64,000 nt of DNA from Terriglobales bacterium (lineage in GTDB: Bacteria > Acidobacteriota > Terriglobia > Terriglobales > Acidobacteriaceae): the NCBI GenBank assembly GCA_035508395.1, contig DATJNC010000118.1, positions 5,422-69,421 of the forward strand, in the 5' to 3' direction. Each line of letters opens with the position of its first letter. Positions within the stretch are counted from its first letter, which is position 1. The notes under the pieces are model-generated. The model worked only from the letters and a program-made list of their open reading frames with translations, ran no database searches and was not told where the DNA came from. This document shows positions 43,092-53,984 of the stretch, in pieces. The position numbers and the translations under genes are program-made.

Positions 43092-46000
43092 TTAACCTCC
43101 ACCCCCAAGCGTGGAAGCCTTTTCCATCTTCAGCAAGCGGGTAAACAGACGGACAATCATGCCGTCGAAACGCGTGCCGCTCAACTTGGCGAGTTCAGCG
43201 ATCGCCTGGTCGTGAGTTCTCGCCGGAGCGAAGGAGCGATTGCTCATCATGTTGGCATAAGCGTCGACAACGGCGATGATGCGGCCCAGGAGCGGGATAC
43301 TTTCGCCTTGCAGCCCGAAAGGATAGCCAGTGCCATCGAATGCCTCGTGATGCGCCAGAATGGCCTGCGAAACACGATCAATGTCGGGAATGGCACGGAG
43401 AATGTCGGCGCCCAGCTGCGGATGAGTCTTCATTACAGAAAACTCTTCTTCCGTCAGCGCACCGGACTTGTTGAGAATGTAGTCGTCGATAAAAAGCTTG
43501 CCCACATCGTGGATTCGGCCAGCAAAAGCGGCGTCGGCGGCTTCCTGGGGTGAAAGATTTAGTCCACGGGCGATGATGCCTGCAAAGTGACCGCATTGCT
43601 CGCCATGGGTGGCGGCATTCGGTTCGCGCAACTCAGCTGCTTGCGCCAGGGCCTCGACCGCCTCCCGTAAAGCGCTTGTGTCGTTTTCGCCCGCGTTTGC
43701 GCCAAGTTTGCGCAGGGTGGCGCTCAACTCCTGCAGATGCTCGGGCCCGTTATGCTGACGTTGCAGAAATCCTTCGATATAGGAAGAAAGAAGCTGCCGC
43801 TGCATTGTCGAACCTTCGCGGAATGGTTCTGAGGTTGAAACCTGGTTGCCGCCTGCGTGCTTGGAAACATACATGCCAGCATCCGCGATGCGGATGAGAT
43901 CCTCCATCGCAAAACCGTGAATGGGGAAACTCGCGACTCCGAAGCTGCCAGTAATGTGATGCTCTTCGAGCATGGGATCAGTCGCCAGCCACAAGCGCAG
44001 GCGTTCGGCTAATACCTGGGCCTGGTCGATTCCAGTTTCTGGCATCAGGATGATGAATTCGTCTCCGCCATAACGGGCGACGACATTGGACTGGCGGCAT
44101 TTCTGTTCCAGCAGGCGCCCCACGCGAGCCAGAACCAGATCGCCTTCAAGATGGCCGAGGGAGTCATTGACTTCCTTGAATTTGTCGAGATCGATGAGGA
44201 CCACTGAGAATGGACGCCCTGAACGTGAAGCGCGCTTCCACTCAGAGCTGAGCGCCTCCCAGAAAAAGCGACGCGTCTTGATGCCGGTGAGACCGTCGGT
44301 GATTGATTGCTGTTGCAGTTTCTGGAAGACGAACGAATTGTGGAGGGCCGTTGCCAGCAGGTCAGCAAGCGTGTTGAGAATGAGAACGTCCTGCGGCGCA
44401 AATGCGTTCTCGTCGCGGCTTTCGACATTCAGCACTCCAAGGAGCGTCTCGCCGTACGTGATCGGCAGGCAGAGTACGGCGCGCGATTCTGGCAGCACGC
44501 CGGATAATTGATTGCCGGCGGTGCTTTGCACCAAAGCGCTTACGCCGGTGCGCGCGACTTTACCAAGAACTCCCATGCCTACGGCAATTCGCCGCCCGAG
44601 AGCCAGCGAGGTAGTGCCGGCCTCGGCCTTGATCTCGATGTCTTTGGTCGCATAATCCATGATGCCAATGCCGATGTGGTCGTAGCGAAAGTTCTTTTGA
44701 ATTTCGCGGACGATATCGGCCATCATCTGCTCGGCGTCCTCGCTCGAGATCGCCATCTTCGAGATGTTGTTCAGGAAGGCGAGATGCCGTGCCCGGCGCT
44801 GCTCTTCGGTAAACAGGCGCGCATTTTCGATGGCGACGCCCAGCTGGCCGGCGGCGGTTTCCATGACCGCGAGGTCGCGCTCCTGGAATTGAAATTCACG
44901 CTCGCAACTCAGCGCCGCCATAACGCCCGTCGGCTTGCCACCGAGAAGAATCGGCACGGCACAGAAGGAACGCGCCGGATGCTGAGGGACAAAGTCCACT
45001 CCCAGCTTGGCACGCATCTGTTCGAGATCGGATTCGATCAGCAGCGGCTGCCCCGTACGAAGAATATGTTCGGTCAGGCCATTGGTGATCTTACGAGAGC
45101 GTTTGGGGAGGGTCTCCCCGTTTTCGACTTCCAGTTCGAACCGAATCTCGTCTTCCTGCTGGAACGCGATGTAGAAGTTACTGGTATCGAAAATCTGACC
45201 CAGTTCCTCATGAACGGTGCGCAAGACTTCATCCTGGTTGAGATGAGAGCTGATCGCCTGGCCGATCTCGGTGAGCAACTCGTACTCTTTGGTCCGGCGC
45301 TGCGTCTCGTGCATGACCACGTAATTTTCGAGCGTCAGCGCGATCTGCAGGGTGAGGCCGATCATGAGCGTCAGGTTCGACGAACCGAACATCCGCCGTT
45401 CGGCGTGCGGAAACAGAATGACTCCGAAATTGTGCTCGCGGGTTTGCAGGCTGACGGCCATGACTTCGAAGATGCCTTCGGAAAGCAAAGCCTCTTTGAA
45501 AGCCTCGAACTTTCCACCGGAAAGGGCAGGCAAGGGCTCCTCGAGTTCCGCGATATTCGTGAACGTGACCACGCCTCCTCGCCGATATGCGAGTTCGGAG
45601 ATGTAATCGCCAGCCTTCGTTTTCTGCAGCTTCTCAAGAAACGCCGGTGAAAATCCTTTCTGGACCGAAGGAATGGCGCCGCGCCATTGCGCCGAGATGT
45701 AAATGGCTCCCCGGCGGGAGGGCAGCGGGGCGACCAGGCGCTCGACGAATGCCTGAAAGCGCGGAACCAGATCGTCGGGTGACAAGAGGCGCCGCGGGTC
45801 GGTGCCGAGCGTCGAGAAGGCCAGGGCATTTTCCTGGACGGCATTGCGCTCGTTTTCAAACAGCACCATAACCATCGAGATGGCAAGCAGCATCTGTGGA
45901 ATCGGCCCGAGGAAACCGCCGAGGCGGCCGACGCTTTCAATGAATGCCTGCCGGAATTGACCAGCGCCCATCAGCGCTCCCCACAGCGCGAGCGATATCG

Positions 46001-46490
46001 AAAGCGCGCGGAAAGCTACCGAGTTTCGCCGGAAGGCGTAGCGATAGTAATGAAAGGAGGCATAGAGCATCAGTGCTCCGAGCCCGATATCGAGCCGCAG
46101 ATAGAAGGGAACCGGCTTTGCCTGTTCGACGAAAGTCCCGCCTACCATGTGTGCCCGCACGCTGACATAGCTGAGAGCGACGCCGACGAGCAGAATCGCA
46201 ACGTCGAACCACTTCAGCTGAAATGGCTCTTTCATCAGGCGGGTTGAGACAAAAATGCATCCCGCCATGATGACCAGCAGAATCGAACTCAGAAAGAAAA
46301 ACAGGGCGGAGGGATGCTGAAAATAGATCAGCGCCTCAACCGCGTAGTGAAGCGTATACGCGGCCCACGCCAATTGCCAGGCGCGAAAATAGTTTTGCCG
46401 GTTCTGCTCGTAGAGGTAGGAGAAGACAAGAAGAACCAGAAGGGCCACGGCCCCGGGGATCAGTACCTGACCTGTGGCTATGCTGTTCAT
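43092..46490 (-). CDS. Multi-TM sensor with tandem GAF domains, GGDEF domain and HD-GYP domain
   Basis: About 250 aa of TM helices, then GAF-like repeats. DGLTGIKTRR...LIDLDKFKEVND..GHLEGD...RYGGDEFIIL (GGDEF). HDVGKL...HHEAFDGTGYP (HD-GYP). In-frame ATG at 46490 (MNSIATGQVLIPGAVALLVL). Confidence 0.85.
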   Translation of the reverse strand: MNSIATGQVLIPGAVALLVLLVFSYLYEQNRQNYFRAWQLAWAAYTLHYAVEALIYFQHPSALFFFLSSILLVIMAGCIFVSTRLMKEPFQLKWFDVAILLVGVALSYVSVRAHMVGGTFVEQAKPVPFYLRLDIGLGALMLYASFHYYRYAFRRNSVAFRALSISLALWGALMGAGQFRQAFIESVGRLGGFLGPIPQMLLAISMVMVLFENERNAVQENALAFSTLGTDPRRLLSPDDLVPRFQAFVERLVAPLPSRRGAIYISAQWRGAIPSVQKGFSPAFLEKLQKTKAGDYISELAYRRGGVVTFTNIAELEEPLPALSGGKFEAFKEALLSEGIFEVMAVSLQTREHNFGVILFPHAERRMFGSSNLTLMIGLTLQIALTLENYVVMHETQRRTKEYELLTEIGQAISSHLNQDEVLRTVHEELGQIFDTSNFYIAFQQEDEIRFELEVENGETLPKRSRKITNGLTEHILRTGQPLLIESDLEQMRAKLGVDFVPQHPARSFCAVPILLGGKPTGVMAALSCEREFQFQERDLAVMETAAGQLGVAIENARLFTEEQRRARHLAFLNNISKMAISSEDAEQMMADIVREIQKNFRYDHIGIGIMDYATKDIEIKAEAGTTSLALGRRIAVGMGVLGKVARTGVSALVQSTAGNQLSGVLPESRAVLCLPITYGETLLGVLNVESRDENAFAPQDVLILNTLADLLATALHNSFVFQKLQQQSITDGLTGIKTRRFFWEALSSEWKRASRSGRPFSVVLIDLDKFKEVNDSLGHLEGDLVLARVGRLLEQKCRQSNVVARYGGDEFIILMPETGIDQAQVLAERLRLWLATDPMLEEHHITGSFGVASFPIHGFAMEDLIRIADAGMYVSKHAGGNQVSTSEPFREGSTMQRQLLSSYIEGFLQRQHNGPEHLQELSATLRKLGANAGENDTSALREAVEALAQAAELREPNAATHGEQCGHFAGIIARGLNLSPQEAADAAFAGRIHDVGKLFIDDYILNKSGALTEEEFSVMKTHPQLGADILRAIPDIDRVSQAILAHHEAFDGTGYPFGLQGESIPLLGRIIAVVDAYANMMSNRSFAPARTHDQAIAELAKLSGTRFDGMIVRLFTRLLKMEKASTLGGGG

Positions 46491-46808
46491 TGGTCCGTCG
46501 AAGTCTGAATGCCGCCTTGCGCAGCCTGGGAATTTTACCTTGGTCTTGGCCCTAATCCTGTCACACTGGACATCGGGAGACAACCCGTGTCTTCTGCAAG
46601 TCCCCCTGGGTACGGGCTCTTGAGAAGTATCGTCTTATTAGATATGGATATGCCAGAGGGCGCAGGGCGCAGATATTACTAACGTAACCAAGGTAACCAC
46701 TCGTTAGGGCAATTGTGTCTGAGTTCGGAAATCCACCTTTCCCCGGGGCGAAACCAGGAAGCCTGAAGCCGGAGGCTTGGGGGTCTTCAGGCTATATACT
46801 CAAAAGTC

Positions 46809-48377
46809 ATGCTTCGGGTCAGATTCGCGCCGTCACCTACTGGCTTCTTGCACGTGGGAAGTGCCCGCACCTTCATCTTCAACTGGCTTTATGCCCGCCA
46901 CAACGGAGGGACGATGGTCCTGCGGCTCGACGATACCGATGTCGAGCGCAACACCGAGGCCAGCGTCAACTCAATTTTTGATGGACTGCGCTGGCTCGAC
47001 CTGGGCTGGGACGAATCCTACAAACAGTCGGAGCGGCTGGAACTGCACCGCCAGATTGCGGACGCAATTTTCCAGAAAGGCCTAGCTTACCGCGACTTTA
47101 CTCCGGCTCACACGGGTGACAGTGAAAAATCGGGCGCCACGCAGACGTGGCTTTTCAATCCTGGCATGCGAGAGTTGTCCCGCGAGGAGAGCGACCGGCG
47201 GGCGGCGGCGGGCGAGTCGTTTGCGCTGCGATTTCGCGTGCCGCGCGGTCTCGGCGAGCAGGTCCGCTTCAGCGATACGGTTTATGGGGAGCAGATCAAG
47301 GCGGCGGATGATATCGAGGACTTCGCCCTGCTGCGCAGCGATGGCATGCCGACGTATCACCTGGCGTCGTGCGCGGATGACATCGATCTGCGCATCAGCC
47401 ATATTATTCGCGGTCAGGATCATCTTTCGAATACCTTCAAGCACGTCTTGATTTTTGAAGCTGCCTGGGCCGGGGCAGGGTCCGGCGAAGCGAAGATTCC
47501 GCAGTTTGCGCATCTGCCGCTGCTGGTCGCGCCAGATGGATCGAAGCTCTCGAAGCGCCGACATGGGCCCGTCGTCAGCGTCACTACTTATCGCGACGCC
47601 GGATTTCTTCCTGCCGCCTTCATAAACTTCCTGTGCCTACTGGGATGGTCGCCGAAAGACGATCGCACCTGCATGACGCGGCAGGAACTGGTCGACGCTT
47701 TTTCGCTTGAGGGCATCAATCGCGCTAATGCGGTGGTGAATTTCGAGGAGGTCATTGGAAAGCCTACCGAAGTCGCCTCTCCCACCGACATGATCACGCC
47801 CTCTACCAGCCTTGTTATTCCAAGCGAAACGAGGAATGTCTACCCCGAAGAAACCTTTGATCCCAAAGCACTCTGGCTGAATGCAGAACATATCCGAGCG
47901 CTACCGGTTGCTGATCTCAGCGCGCAACTGCTTCCCGTGGTGCGGAAAGCTGGATTCGATATCTCCCCCGGAAGAATGCGTGCGATCACACCGCTTATTC
48001 GCGAGCGTATCAAGCTGCTGCGGGACGTATTGACCGTCGCTGATTTCTTTTTCCTAGACCAACTTCCACCTTACGATCCGGCCGAGCTGATTCCGCAAAA
48101 AGGAGACGCGGCCATGGCGCAGAAAGTCTTAACGCGCGCCCGCGAAGTACTCGCCGAAACCGAGTTCACGCACGACTCACTCGATCACGCGCTGCGTGCC
48201 GCGGCGCAGGAACTTGGGCTCAAAGCCGGACAGATGTTCCAACCGATACGAGTTGCCGTTTGTGGAAGAAAGAATGCGCCGCCGTTGTTTGAGACGCTGG
48301 TGGTGGTAGGGAAAGAGACAACGCTGAAGCGGATCGAAGAGGCGAGCAAGAAGGTCGGTTCCTTTGTTGCAAACTAA
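46809..48377 (+). CDS. gltX: Glutamate--tRNA ligase
   Basis: [21 protein letters not shown] (HIGH-type motif), LRLDDTD.ERN, KLSKRR. Confidence 0.9.
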   Translation: MLRVRFAPSPTGFLHVGSARTFIFNWLYARHNGGTMVLRLDDTDVERNTEASVNSIFDGLRWLDLGWDESYKQSERLELHRQIADAIFQKGLAYRDFTPAHTGDSEKSGATQTWLFNPGMRELSREESDRRAAAGESFALRFRVPRGLGEQVRFSDTVYGEQIKAADDIEDFALLRSDGMPTYHLASCADDIDLRISHIIRGQDHLSNTFKHVLIFEAAWAGAGSGEAKIPQFAHLPLLVAPDGSKLSKRRHGPVVSVTTYRDAGFLPAAFINFLCLLGWSPKDDRTCMTRQELVDAFSLEGINRANAVVNFEEVIGKPTEVASPTDMITPSTSLVIPSETRNVYPEETFDPKALWLNAEHIRALPVADLSAQLLPVVRKAGFDISPGRMRAITPLIRERIKLLRDVLTVADFFFLDQLPPYDPAELIPQKGDAAMAQKVLTRAREVLAETEFTHDSLDHALRAAAQELGLKAGQMFQPIRVAVCGRKNAPPLFETLVVVGKETTLKRIEEASKKVGSFVAN

Positions 48378-48577
48378 GGCAGCATGCGCCATCGCCGATT
48401 AGCGAAGACGCCCTTCCGCTGCCACCAAGAATAAGGGGCAACTAAGAAAACGGCAGCAATAATTAGCAGTGCATACTCTGCAATCCCCTGAGTGTGCGGA
48501 ACGATCATGACTGCGCTGATGAGGATAATCCCCTCCACTGCCCCGAATCGGTCCATCTTTTGCGAGAAGCGGTTCAT
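48374..48577 (-). CDS. Hypothetical small membrane protein
   Basis: 67-aa ORF with two hydrophobic segments ([11 protein letters not shown]; [15 protein letters not shown]). Its 3' end overlaps the gltX stop by 4 nt (convergent). Coding status unverified. Confidence 0.35.
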   Translation of the reverse strand: MNRFSQKMDRFGAVEGIILISAVMIVPHTQGIAEYALLIIAAVFLVAPYSWWQRKGVFANRRWRMLP

Positions 48578-48602
48578 TGCTGGTTGCCCCCGACGAGTCG
48601 GA

Positions 48603-50039
48603 CTACTTCTGACCGCTCAGTTGCTGGGCCTTCGCCTTGGCCTCAGCCGCTTCGGGAAACATTCCTTTGCTGGTGTAAACGTCCCCTAGAAGTTTTTCGT
48701 TGTCGGCATCGTCGGCGATCTGACGCTGCTTCAGTAATGATGCGATAGCATCATCGTAACGACCGAGGCGTGCCTGCTGTAGGCCGGTGTTGTAATTAAG
48801 CCCCGGATAGTTCGGATCGATGGCTGCGGCCCGCTGAAACTCCGCCAGTGACTCGGCGTCCTGATGTAGTCCAGACAACGCCGATGCTAGCCCCACGTGC
48901 CCGTCGGCGCTGTTCGGGTGGATCTTGAGCAACTGACGATAACTCTCCTGGGCCTTCGTCCAATCCTTTTGTTCCAGATAGATCAATCCAAGACGAAAAT
49001 ATGCCCCTTCGTCTCGAGGATTGAGAATGATAACTTGCTGCAACTCCGCTACCGCATTCCCATAGTCCTTCTTCGCCACGTAGGCGCGCGCCAAAGTGTC
49101 GTGAGCCGGAAGAAAGTTCGGATGTGCACTTACACTTTTCTTGAGCTGTTCAATCCCCTGGTCGAGCTGGCCCTGCTTCAGCAGATCGATACCGATCTGA
49201 GCATGCACCAGATACTCACGCGAATGCCGCAGCCAGAGAATGCCACCAGCGACGATGGCGATGCCCACGATCAATACGCCGATGCGTCGAAGAATATCGT
49301 CATGGTTCGGAGCCACCGTGGCGATGAGCGCGCCCAAAATCAGGCCCATAACTAATCCGCCAATGTGGGCGGCGTTGTCAGTGCGAGCGATCGCAGCTCC
49401 CAGAAAAATGTTGAAGCCGGCGAAGATGAGCAGGCTACGTAATGTCCCGGCAAGTGCTGCGCGCGGCAGCGAAAATTCCCCAAGATAGAACGATGCGATC
49501 AGCGCTCCAGCGATACCAAAGACCGCTCCGGAGGCTCCCACGCTTAAGACGCCGAGATTCCACCATAGGCTGGCCAGACTCGCCGCCAAACCGCAGATGA
49601 GATAAACGACTGCAAACGTCCAGTGTCCATAGACCGATTCCGCCAGCCGTCCCAGGTCCCAGAGGCACCACATGTTGAATGCGATATGGATCAGGCTTCC
49701 GTGCACAAAGACACAGGTGAGAAGGCGCCACCACTGGCCGCTTAAGGTCAGCGGACCAAAATTCGCGCCCCAATCCACGAGCGCCTGCAGCGGGGGATTA
49801 CTCAACATGGCAGCGCCGACGGACAAGAGCATGCCGAGGAAAACCGCGACATTGGCCCCAAAGATCACCTGGGTGACACCCATTGAGGTCGATTGTTGCC
49901 GCAGCCAGGGAGCCGTTTCTACCCGCTGATACGCGACTTCTTCGCCCCGCTGCGCGGCCTGGTGCTGCACGCACCAACGGCAGATTTTTCGCCAACTGAA
50001 GGGTGGAAGCTGTCGCCCGCACTGTTCGCACTGTGCCAT
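48603..50039 (-). CDS. Rhomboid-family intramembrane serine protease with N-terminal zinc ribbon and C-terminal TPR repeats
   Basis: [15 protein letters not shown] (CxxC..CxxC). Rhomboid core [21 protein letters not shown] and [12 protein letters not shown], plus H in AAHIGGLV. At least four TPR-like repeats at the C-terminus. In-frame ATG at 50039. Confidence 0.8.
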   Translation of the reverse strand: MAQCEQCGRQLPPFSWRKICRWCVQHQAAQRGEEVAYQRVETAPWLRQQSTSMGVTQVIFGANVAVFLGMLLSVGAAMLSNPPLQALVDWGANFGPLTLSGQWWRLLTCVFVHGSLIHIAFNMWCLWDLGRLAESVYGHWTFAVVYLICGLAASLASLWWNLGVLSVGASGAVFGIAGALIASFYLGEFSLPRAALAGTLRSLLIFAGFNIFLGAAIARTDNAAHIGGLVMGLILGALIATVAPNHDDILRRIGVLIVGIAIVAGGILWLRHSREYLVHAQIGIDLLKQGQLDQGIEQLKKSVSAHPNFLPAHDTLARAYVAKKDYGNAVAELQQVIILNPRDEGAYFRLGLIYLEQKDWTKAQESYRQLLKIHPNSADGHVGLASALSGLHQDAESLAEFQRAAAIDPNYPGLNYNTGLQQARLGRYDDAIASLLKQRQIADDADNEKLLGDVYTSKGMFPEAAEAKAKAQQLSGQK

Positions 50040-50061
50040 TCGACATATAGAATACAGGAGT

Positions 50062-51786
50062 ATGAGTACAACGAATTCACCCAGCGAGGTTGCGCCCAAT
50101 CCGCCTATTGAGCTTCGTCCCTCGAACTTCATTCGCGACGCGATGATCGATGACCTGAAAACGAAAAAGTACGGCGACGCCGTCATTCAGACGCGTTTTC
50201 CCCCTGAACCTAACGGTTATCTGCATATCGGCCACGCCAAAGCGATCTGTCTCGATTTCGGACTCGCAGACGAATTCCACGGCAAAACCAACCTTCGCTT
50301 CGACGACACCAACCCCGAGAAAGAAGAAACCGAATACGTCGAATCGATCATGAAAGACGTTCGTTGGCTGGGCTTCGAGTGGGAGGGGCTGTTCTATGCA
50401 TCTGACTATTTCGACCAGCTGTACGAGTGGGCGATCAAGCTGATCAAAGACGGCAAGGCCTACGTCGACGATCTGAGCGCCGAGGAAATTCGCGAGTATC
50501 GCGGAACGCTGACCGAACCCGGCAAACAGAGCCCTTATCGCAACCGTTCGGTCGAAGAAAATCTTGATCTCTTTGAACGCATGCGCAAGGGCGAATTTCC
50601 TGACGGCTCGCGTGTGCTGCGGGCGAAGATCGACATGGCCTCCCGCAATCTCAACTTGCGCGACCCGGTCATGTACCGCATCTTGCACGCTTCGCATCAC
50701 CGCACTGGGGACAAGTGGTGCATCTACCCCATGTACGACTACGCGCACGGGCAGTCCGATTCGATCGAGCATGTAACGCATTCGATGTGCACGCTCGAGT
50801 TCGAAGATCATCGGCCGCTTTATAACTGGTTCGTCCAGCAGCTCGGCATCTTTCCATCTCAGCAATACGAATTCGACCGGCTGAGCCTGACTTACACTCT
50901 CCTCAGCAAGCGCCGTTTGCTCAAACTGGTGCAGGAAAAACTGGTCCGCGGGTGGGATGATCCGCGCATGCCCACGCTTTCTGGCATTCGCCGCCGCGGC
51001 TATTCGCCCGAGGCTGTGCGCAATTTTGTCAGCGCCATTGGGGTCTCAAAAACCAACGGCACGCTCGAACTCGCCATGCTCGAGCACTTCGTCCGCGAGG
51101 ATCTCAATAAGCATGCTCCGCGGGTCATGGCAGTGCTGAAGCCGCTGAAGGTGGTGATCGATAACTATCCCGAAGGCCAGGTCGAGCAGATGGAAGCGGT
51201 GAATAATCCCGAAGACGAATCTGCCGGCACGCGCCAGGTGCCGTTCTCCAAAGAACTCTACATCGAGCAGGACGACTTTCGCGAAGTCCCACCGAAAAAA
51301 TATTATCGGCTTTCGCCCGGGACCGAAGTTCGACTTCGCTACGGCTACTTCATCACCGCAAAAAGTATGGTCAAGAATGATAAGGGCGAGGTCGTCGAAG
51401 TCCACTGCACTTACGATCCGGCCACCCGCGGAGGCAATGCTCCGGATGGCCGAAAAGTGAAATCAACGATTCATTGGGTTTCAGCAAATCACGCCATCGA
51501 TGCGGAGGTCCGGCTCTATGACAAGCTATTCAGCAAAGAAGATCCGAATGATGTTCCAGAAGGACAGGAGTTCACGGCGAATCTCAATCCTGGCTCGCTT
51601 GAGATAGTTGAGCATGCCAAGCTCGAACCCTCGCTTGCGAATTCCGCGGTCGAGAGCCGGTACCAGTTCGAACGGTTGGGATATTTCTGTGTCGATCCGG
51701 ATTCAAAGCCCGGAAGGCTGGTCTTCAATCGCACCGTCGCTTTAAAAGACACCTGGGCAAAGATCGAGAAGCGAGCGGTGGCGTGA
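50062..51786 (+). CDS. glnS: Glutamine--tRNA ligase
   Basis: [39 protein letters not shown], and a C-terminal anticodon-binding beta-barrel region ([20 protein letters not shown]). Confidence 0.9.
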   Translation: MSTTNSPSEVAPNPPIELRPSNFIRDAMIDDLKTKKYGDAVIQTRFPPEPNGYLHIGHAKAICLDFGLADEFHGKTNLRFDDTNPEKEETEYVESIMKDVRWLGFEWEGLFYASDYFDQLYEWAIKLIKDGKAYVDDLSAEEIREYRGTLTEPGKQSPYRNRSVEENLDLFERMRKGEFPDGSRVLRAKIDMASRNLNLRDPVMYRILHASHHRTGDKWCIYPMYDYAHGQSDSIEHVTHSMCTLEFEDHRPLYNWFVQQLGIFPSQQYEFDRLSLTYTLLSKRRLLKLVQEKLVRGWDDPRMPTLSGIRRRGYSPEAVRNFVSAIGVSKTNGTLELAMLEHFVREDLNKHAPRVMAVLKPLKVVIDNYPEGQVEQMEAVNNPEDESAGTRQVPFSKELYIEQDDFREVPPKKYYRLSPGTEVRLRYGYFITAKSMVKNDKGEVVEVHCTYDPATRGGNAPDGRKVKSTIHWVSANHAIDAEVRLYDKLFSKEDPNDVPEGQEFTANLNPGSLEIVEHAKLEPSLANSAVESRYQFERLGYFCVDPDSKPGRLVFNRTVALKDTWAKIEKRAVA

Positions 51787-51814
51787 GCGCTGATCTCTCC
51801 CGATGTAAATAAAA

Positions 51815-51837
51815 AAGGTCGGGGCGCGCCCGACCTT
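51815..51837. terminator. Intrinsic terminator shared by convergent glnS and the cytochrome c gene
   Basis: AAGGTCGGG-gcgcg-CCCGACCTT. The A6 run on the plus strand becomes a U-tract for the minus-strand cytochrome c transcript. Confidence 0.7.
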
Positions 51838-51859
51838 GGTGGCAGAACTCCAGTCTCGA

Positions 51860-52177
51860 CTACTTCTTGAGCGAACGAATGTATTTCACTAGATCGCTGA
51901 TCTGGTCTTTCGAGAGCTTTCCGTCATAGGCGGGCATTTTGCCTTTGCCTTTGGAGATGATGTCAGTTAATTGGGCATCCGACTGTCCCTGCACGTCGGC
52001 TGAACCGAGGTCACGAATTTTCAGGTTCTTGCCCATCGCCGTGTCAGCACTACCGGTGGCTCCATGGCAAGCGGCACACTTCGCCTTAAAGTCCGCGGCC
52101 CCATCCGCGAACATGTAGGTAGACGTCAGCAGCGCCAGCGTCAATACCGCGAGGGACGCCTTAAGAATTGTCTTCAT
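51860..52177 (-). CDS. Class I c-type cytochrome, secreted
   Basis: MKTILKASLAVLTLALL signal peptide; CAACHG haem-binding site; distal KMPAY. In-frame ATG at 52177 preceded by GGAGAA. Confidence 0.85.
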   Translation of the reverse strand: MKTILKASLAVLTLALLTSTYMFADGAADFKAKCAACHGATGSADTAMGKNLKIRDLGSADVQGQSDAQLTDIISKGKGKMPAYDGKLSKDQISDLVKYIRSLKK

Positions 52178-52595
52178 CGTTCGATTCTCCTTATAAGTGA
52201 GAAGTAAGCGCTCTGGTTCGCGAGCGCGAGAACCCGTGCGTACGTTTCCTGGGAGGGACACTCTTCCCAAAGCAAGATTCGGTGGCAAAGGTTTTTCGGC
52301 AGCGACGATATCACAAAACACTAGAGTTACGAATACTTTTCCTCGTCCGTCCTGAGAACGGAAATCCGCACGTCTAGCCAGTTCGGGCTAGGCGAGGAGT
52401 CACCGAGGCTTTCAGGTTGCGAAAGGGTCGGCAGTGCTTTTCCGCATCCGCGCCAAATGCCGCCCAGCGGGCGCGATATCTCTCACTATTCTCTAGAACA
52501 TGCACTGTTGAGAAATACAACATCAGAGTTAACGCAAGTGTCACCAATCATTTAGATTGGCCCGGCATTCCGGCATATTTGGCCCCCTCCATGCG

Positions 52596-53882
52596 ATGCA
52601 AACTGTGAACTTCCCCTGCGGAGCGTGTCCCTTGGAACCGACGTTAGTAGTTGTCGGGCTAAATCACCGAACAGCAGCTGTAGAGGTTCGGGAACGTTTC
52701 TGGATTAGCGGCTGTCGTCAGGCAGAGGTTCTCTCGATGCTCTCACAAGCAGAAGGCATCGAGGAAGCGCTCGTCTTCTCGACCTGCAATCGCACGGAAT
52801 TCCTGGTTTGGGGAGACCCAACTCTGGCAGTCAACTCCATCCTTCGGCTGCTCACAGCAGAATACGATCTGAAGCTTCGCGAGTGGAACGCTTTCTATCG
52901 CCTGCTCGACGAACAAGCCGTGGCGCACGTGTTCCGAGTAAGTTGCGGTCTTGACTCGACTTGCATCGGGGGGGAGCAGATAGCCCATCAAGTGACTCTT
53001 GCCTGGCAGCAGTCTCGAAACACCGGGTGCTGCGGCCCGGTAATGAATGCGGTCCTGCGCAAGGCGCTCTTTGTTCGCCGTCGCGTGCGTAAGGAAACTG
53101 CCCTTCACTCGCATTTCGTCTCGGCTCCCCATGCGGCGGCTCAGCTCGCAACCCAGATCTTCGGTGCATTGCCTGCGAACATCGTTGTCTTCGGTGCGGG
53201 CCATCTGGCACATGTTACTGCCCATGCCCTGGTCAACAACGGAGCTCGTTCCGTCACTTTGATCAATCGTACCGAGGAACGAGCGGCCGAACTCGTCAGG
53301 AGATTGGGCGGTCAAGGAGATATATTTCGAACCTGTCCGCTGGAGCTGCGCGACGAGCCTCTCAGCAAAGCGGATCTGGTGATCAGCGCAACCTCTGCCC
53401 CCCGCTTTATTTTCAACGCCGACGAGATGCGCCGCCTGGTGCCCGAGCGGAAAGGACGAAAGCTGGTAATCATTGATCTCGCGCTGCCGCGCGACATCGC
53501 TCCTGCCGTCCGCGAGTTTGAAGGCGTTCTGCTTTATGACCTGGAGGATCTGGAACGCGCAGTTGAGCCTCGCATCGGTACGCGAGCCGGTGAGGCCGAA
53601 GCCGAAAAAATCGTGCAGGCCGAAGTGCAGGGTTTCCGAAAGCAGCTATTGGCAGGAAGCGCAGGCCCGGAGGTCACTGCGCTGCGCGTTCGCCTTGATG
53701 AGATTTGCCGGCAGGAACTGGAGTCCTTCCGCCTTGAGCAGGGCCCATTCCCCAAAGATCAGGATCGTTTGATTGCGGCTGTGAGTGCGCGGATTACGAA
53801 TAAGATTGCCGGATCGCTCGCTCGGGAATTGAAAGCGATTCCAGAAATCCGGGGCACCAGACGGATGATCGCAGGGATGTGA
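52596..53882 (+). CDS. hemA: Glutamyl-tRNA reductase
   Basis: VVVGLNHRTAAVEVRERF, FSTCNRTEF (catalytic Cys), VFGAGHLA NADPH-binding segment. Start uncertain (ATG at 52596 or the track start at 52557). Confidence 0.85.
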   Translation: MQTVNFPCGACPLEPTLVVVGLNHRTAAVEVRERFWISGCRQAEVLSMLSQAEGIEEALVFSTCNRTEFLVWGDPTLAVNSILRLLTAEYDLKLREWNAFYRLLDEQAVAHVFRVSCGLDSTCIGGEQIAHQVTLAWQQSRNTGCCGPVMNAVLRKALFVRRRVRKETALHSHFVSAPHAAAQLATQIFGALPANIVVFGAGHLAHVTAHALVNNGARSVTLINRTEERAAELVRRLGGQGDIFRTCPLELRDEPLSKADLVISATSAPRFIFNADEMRRLVPERKGRKLVIIDLALPRDIAPAVREFEGVLLYDLEDLERAVEPRIGTRAGEAEAEKIVQAEVQGFRKQLLAGSAGPEVTALRVRLDEICRQELESFRLEQGPFPKDQDRLIAAVSARITNKIAGSLARELKAIPEIRGTRRMIAGM

Positions 53883-53984
53883 TTGCGGTCGCGCAATTCC
53901 GGCCAATGTCCCCGCAGAAATCATAGAGGTATCGCGGTCGGAAGGCGCTTGCCGGCGCCAGACTTCGAGCCCGCCTGACCGCCC

